A DNA stretch of 64,000 bases, from NCBI GenBank assembly GCA_963745075.1, contig CAVUWV010000024.1, positions 384,001 through 448,000 of the forward strand, given 5' to 3'. This document shows positions 61,505 to 64,000 of this stretch, piece after piece. This DNA is from Candidatus Hydrogenedentota bacterium (lineage in GTDB: Bacteria; Hydrogenedentota; Hydrogenedentia; Hydrogenedentales; SLHB01). Numbering within the stretch: the stretch's first letter is position 1; each line of letters opens with the position of its first letter. Made by a program: the position numbers and the translations under genes. Below the pieces are notes generated by a model. It ran no database searches and was not told where the DNA came from. It saw only the letters and a program-made list of their open reading frames with translations.

Positions 61505-62067
61505 ACGTGGAACGTGTGGCGCAGTTGGTTCGAGAACTGCTCGTCGAAATCGGCGAAGATCCCAATCGCGAGGGCTTGCTAAAGACGCCCCAGCGCGTTG
61601 CCCAGGCCTACGAGTACCTTACCTCGGGATACCGGACCGATCTCAGCGAAATCATCAACGGCGCCGTCTTCGAGTCCCACGCCAACAACATGATCATCTC
61701 GCGCGACATCGAAGTCTACAGCATGTGCGAACACCACATCCTGCCCTTCTTCGGAAAGACCCACATCGGTTACATCGCGCGCAAAAAAGTCCTCGGCATC
61801 AGCAAGTTGTCCCGTATCGTCGACTATTACGCCCGCCGCCTTCAGATCCAGGAACGGCTCACCGCCGAGATCGCCCGCGAGATCATGGACGTGACCGATG
61901 CCGAAGGCGTCGGCGTCGTCATGGAGTGCCGCCATATGTGCATGATGATGCGCGGTGTCGAAAAGCAGAACTCCATCATGACCACCTCGTCCGTCCTCGG
62001 TAGCTTCCTCGAAGAAGACGCCGCCCGCATGGAATTCCTCAGTCTCATCGGCCGCCACGTTACCTGA
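61501..62067 (+). CDS. folE: GTP cyclohydrolase I
   Basis: [37 protein letters not shown]. Confidence 0.97.
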   Translation: MNVERVAQLVRELLVEIGEDPNREGLLKTPQRVAQAYEYLTSGYRTDLSEIINGAVFESHANNMIISRDIEVYSMCEHHILPFFGKTHIGYIARKKVLGISKLSRIVDYYARRLQIQERLTAEIAREIMDVTDAEGVGVVMECRHMCMMMRGVEKQNSIMTTSSVLGSFLEEDAARMEFLSLIGRHVT

Positions 62068-62120
62068 CGCGAAACCAGCCAGGACACATAGGCCGAGTGA
62101 GGGATCCGTCGAATCCCCGC

Positions 62121-62153
62121 GTCCATACCGTCCATCAAGTCCATATCGTCCAT
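62121..62153. repeat. Short tandem 9-mer repeat GTCCATnnn (x4)
   Basis: GTCCAT at 62121, 62130, 62139, 62148 between convergent folE and tauE. Confidence 0.7.
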
Positions 62154-62170
62154 AGCCGTAGCGCGCCGCC

Positions 62171-62958
62171 TCATAACGCCAGCAGCAACACCCGAACCCC
62201 GACAAACGCCAGCGCAACCGCCAACGCCCGCACGATCAGCGCCCCCGCAGACGTTCCGACAGCGCCGCCCCAATTTGCGCGCCGATGACGACGCCAATTG
62301 CCAGGCACATCGTGCGGTGAATCCCTTCCGAGTAAGGCCCCCGTCACAACGTGGACCGCCGTGCCGGTCAGCGCAGTGATGGCCAAAATGAAGTGGGAGG
62401 TAGCGGTAGCGTAATGGACGGGGAAGTTCAGCACGTGAACCATCGCGGGCACGTGGACGATGCCCCCGCCGAATCCCAGAAGTCCGGACAGGTACCCGAC
62501 CAGAAAACTAATCGAAACCCCGAGCCAAACGTTGTACTGGATCGACTTTGGGTCATATCCGCCGGAAGTATTGTCCATTCAGTTTCCTTCGGCTTGCTCG
62601 GCCGCCACAGGAGATACCCGGACATCGTCAACATGAGCACCCCGCAAATCGCATCGAAGGCGTGACGAGGAACGTAATACGTGGAAAGCGCCCCCAACAC
62701 CGCCCCCGGCATCGCCGCCGCCGAAAACTGCAACCCCGCGCGATAATGAATGCGGTGTTTCCGGCCGTACGCCCACGAGCCCGACAGCGCGTTAAAGAAG
62801 ACTACCGCCAACGAGATGCTCGTAATCGTCTCGGGGTTTGCGTCGGGGTAGAGGATCAGCAACATCGGGACCAGAATGAAACCGCCGCCCGCCCCGATCA
62901 GCGTCCCAAACGCGCCGATCAACAATCCCAACGGCACCAGCCACAGATACTCAAACAT
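62171..62958 (-). CDS. TauE/SafE (DUF81) sulfite exporter family protein (several apparent indels)
   Basis: GTLIGAGGG...VP, SGLLGFGGG...VP, ATATS motifs; frameshift near 62580 plus a compensating pair at about 62335 and 62243. Confidence 0.85.
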
Positions 62959-63345
62959 TCCATCACTCCGCCGGGATTGAAATTCTCACCCGCGAACGGT
63001 CATTCCACACCTATCACGGACATCTATCTGTCAATATCGTGCCGTGGCTGCGCCGTCCCAGTCAACGATGCCCCACCCGGCGGACCCACGCATTCATAGT
63101 CGCCGACCGCGCCAACTGACAAACCGATGGATTTCGTCTTCCCGTTCCCCGTACACTTGCCACGGGGGAATGACCTGCATTTTTTTGGGGGGATCCATGC
63201 TACGACACCGGGGGAAAGCCGCACTTTATGGCCGTGTACCAAGCGCACGGCGATGTCCCACTGGGACCGCCACGCTCCAGCGTGGCAAACGATGGCAACC
63301 GAATCCCAACTCCTCAAGCGGGCCATTCGTTTCGGTTATTTCCCA

Positions 63346-63395
63346 TTTCGGTCATTCGAATTTGTTTCGGATTTCGAGCTTCGGATTTCGAATTT
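63346..63395. repeat. Low-complexity TTCG(G/A)-periodic intergenic repeat
   Basis: TTTCGGTCATTCGAATTTGTTTCGGATTTCGAGCTTCGGATTTCGAATTT. Confidence 0.6.
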
Positions 63396-63454
63396 GTCTT
63401 TATCCCCAACCTTAACACGCTTCGCATTGCACCTGCCCACGGAGGTCGCCCCCA

Positions 63455-64000
63455 ATGGTAGCTGCCAACCCGCTGCTCGGAACCCTCCTCCACGCCTTCG
63501 GCGCCATGGCCGCAGCGCTGTGTTACACGCCCCAACAGAAACTCCGCGGCTGGTCCTGGCAGACCTACTGGCTCGCACAGGCCTTCCTCTGCTGGTTTGC
63601 CTTGCCTATCATCGGCGCGTACCTGACCATTCCCCACTTGGGGGAGGTGCTCCGAGCGGCCCCGAGGGACGCGATGGAGATCACCTTCGTCCTGGGCATC
63701 ATCTACGGCATCGGCGGAACCGCCTTCGGCCTTGCCATTCGGTACATCGGCTACTCCCTGACTTATGCGATTGCCATCGGCATCTCCTGCGTGCTCGGCA
63801 CCCTCACCGGTCCCCTCATCAGCGGCGCGCTCCGCGAACTGCTCACCAAGACCGGTTCCGGCTGGGTTATGAGCGGCATCTTCATCGGCGTCGCGGGCAC
63901 CCTCCTCTGCGGTTGGGCCGGACGCCTCAAAGAACGCGAACTCGAAAAGGACGCCGCTGCCAGCCAGTCCTTCTCCCTGACGAAAGGCCTCCTGCTGTGC
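63455..64000 (+). CDS. rhaT: L-rhamnose/proton symporter RhaT family (3'-partial)
   Basis: GGAGG RBS; MVAANPLLG...CYTP..K...WSWQTYW, YGIGG.AFGLAIRYIGYSL..AIAIG; runs off the window end. Confidence 0.8.
   Translation, partial: MVAANPLLGTLLHAFGAMAAALCYTPQQKLRGWSWQTYWLAQAFLCWFALPIIGAYLTIPHLGEVLRAAPRDAMEITFVLGIIYGIGGTAFGLAIRYIGYSLTYAIAIGISCVLGTLTGPLISGALRELLTKTGSGWVMSGIFIGVAGTLLCGWAGRLKERELEKDAAASQSFSLTKGLLLC

Overview
GC-rich bacterial chromosomal window from a diderm organism (lpxK, secretin). Gene content and repeat style suggest a Hydrogenedentes/PVC-like lineage, which is inference only. In order: the 3' end of a SPASM-type radical SAM gene; tRNA-Gly/Lys/Leu; tig-clpP-clpX-lon-engB; two orphan ORFs; a GT2; an ECF sigma/anti-sigma pair; a type II secretion-like cluster (gspE-F-G-H-I-J-K-L/pilM-M-C-D); mixed metabolic genes (bacilliredoxin, Tat oxidoreductase, GH4, radical SAM, lpxK, dprA, sulfatase, hicBA, GH99-like, HGSNAT-like, Ntn hydrolase); trpDCFBA-pilD-aroC-MBL-manA; a second ECF/anti-sigma pair; a structured ~770 bp intergenic region; an HtrA protease plus a pseudo-protease; a sialidase-like gene; a pterin/folate cluster; tauE; and a partial rhaT. 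Most notable: (1) a ~165 bp paired-palindrome (REPIN-like) element lying in frame inside the cleavable prepilin leader of the GspH pseudopilin, with a free second copy at 39.7 kb; (2) a secretin extended by an ExbD/TolR-like domain, a Pro-rich linker and a SPOR domain, and a GspM-like protein fused to a carbohydrate-binding-module-like domain; (3) a candidate ~108 nt sRNA with its own promoter and terminator, next to further long hairpins; (4) an HtrA protease paired with a Met-rich trypsin-fold protein lacking catalytic His/Ser. Several genes carry small indels that are most likely sequencing/assembly errors. No CRISPR array, rRNA, transposase or integrase was seen.
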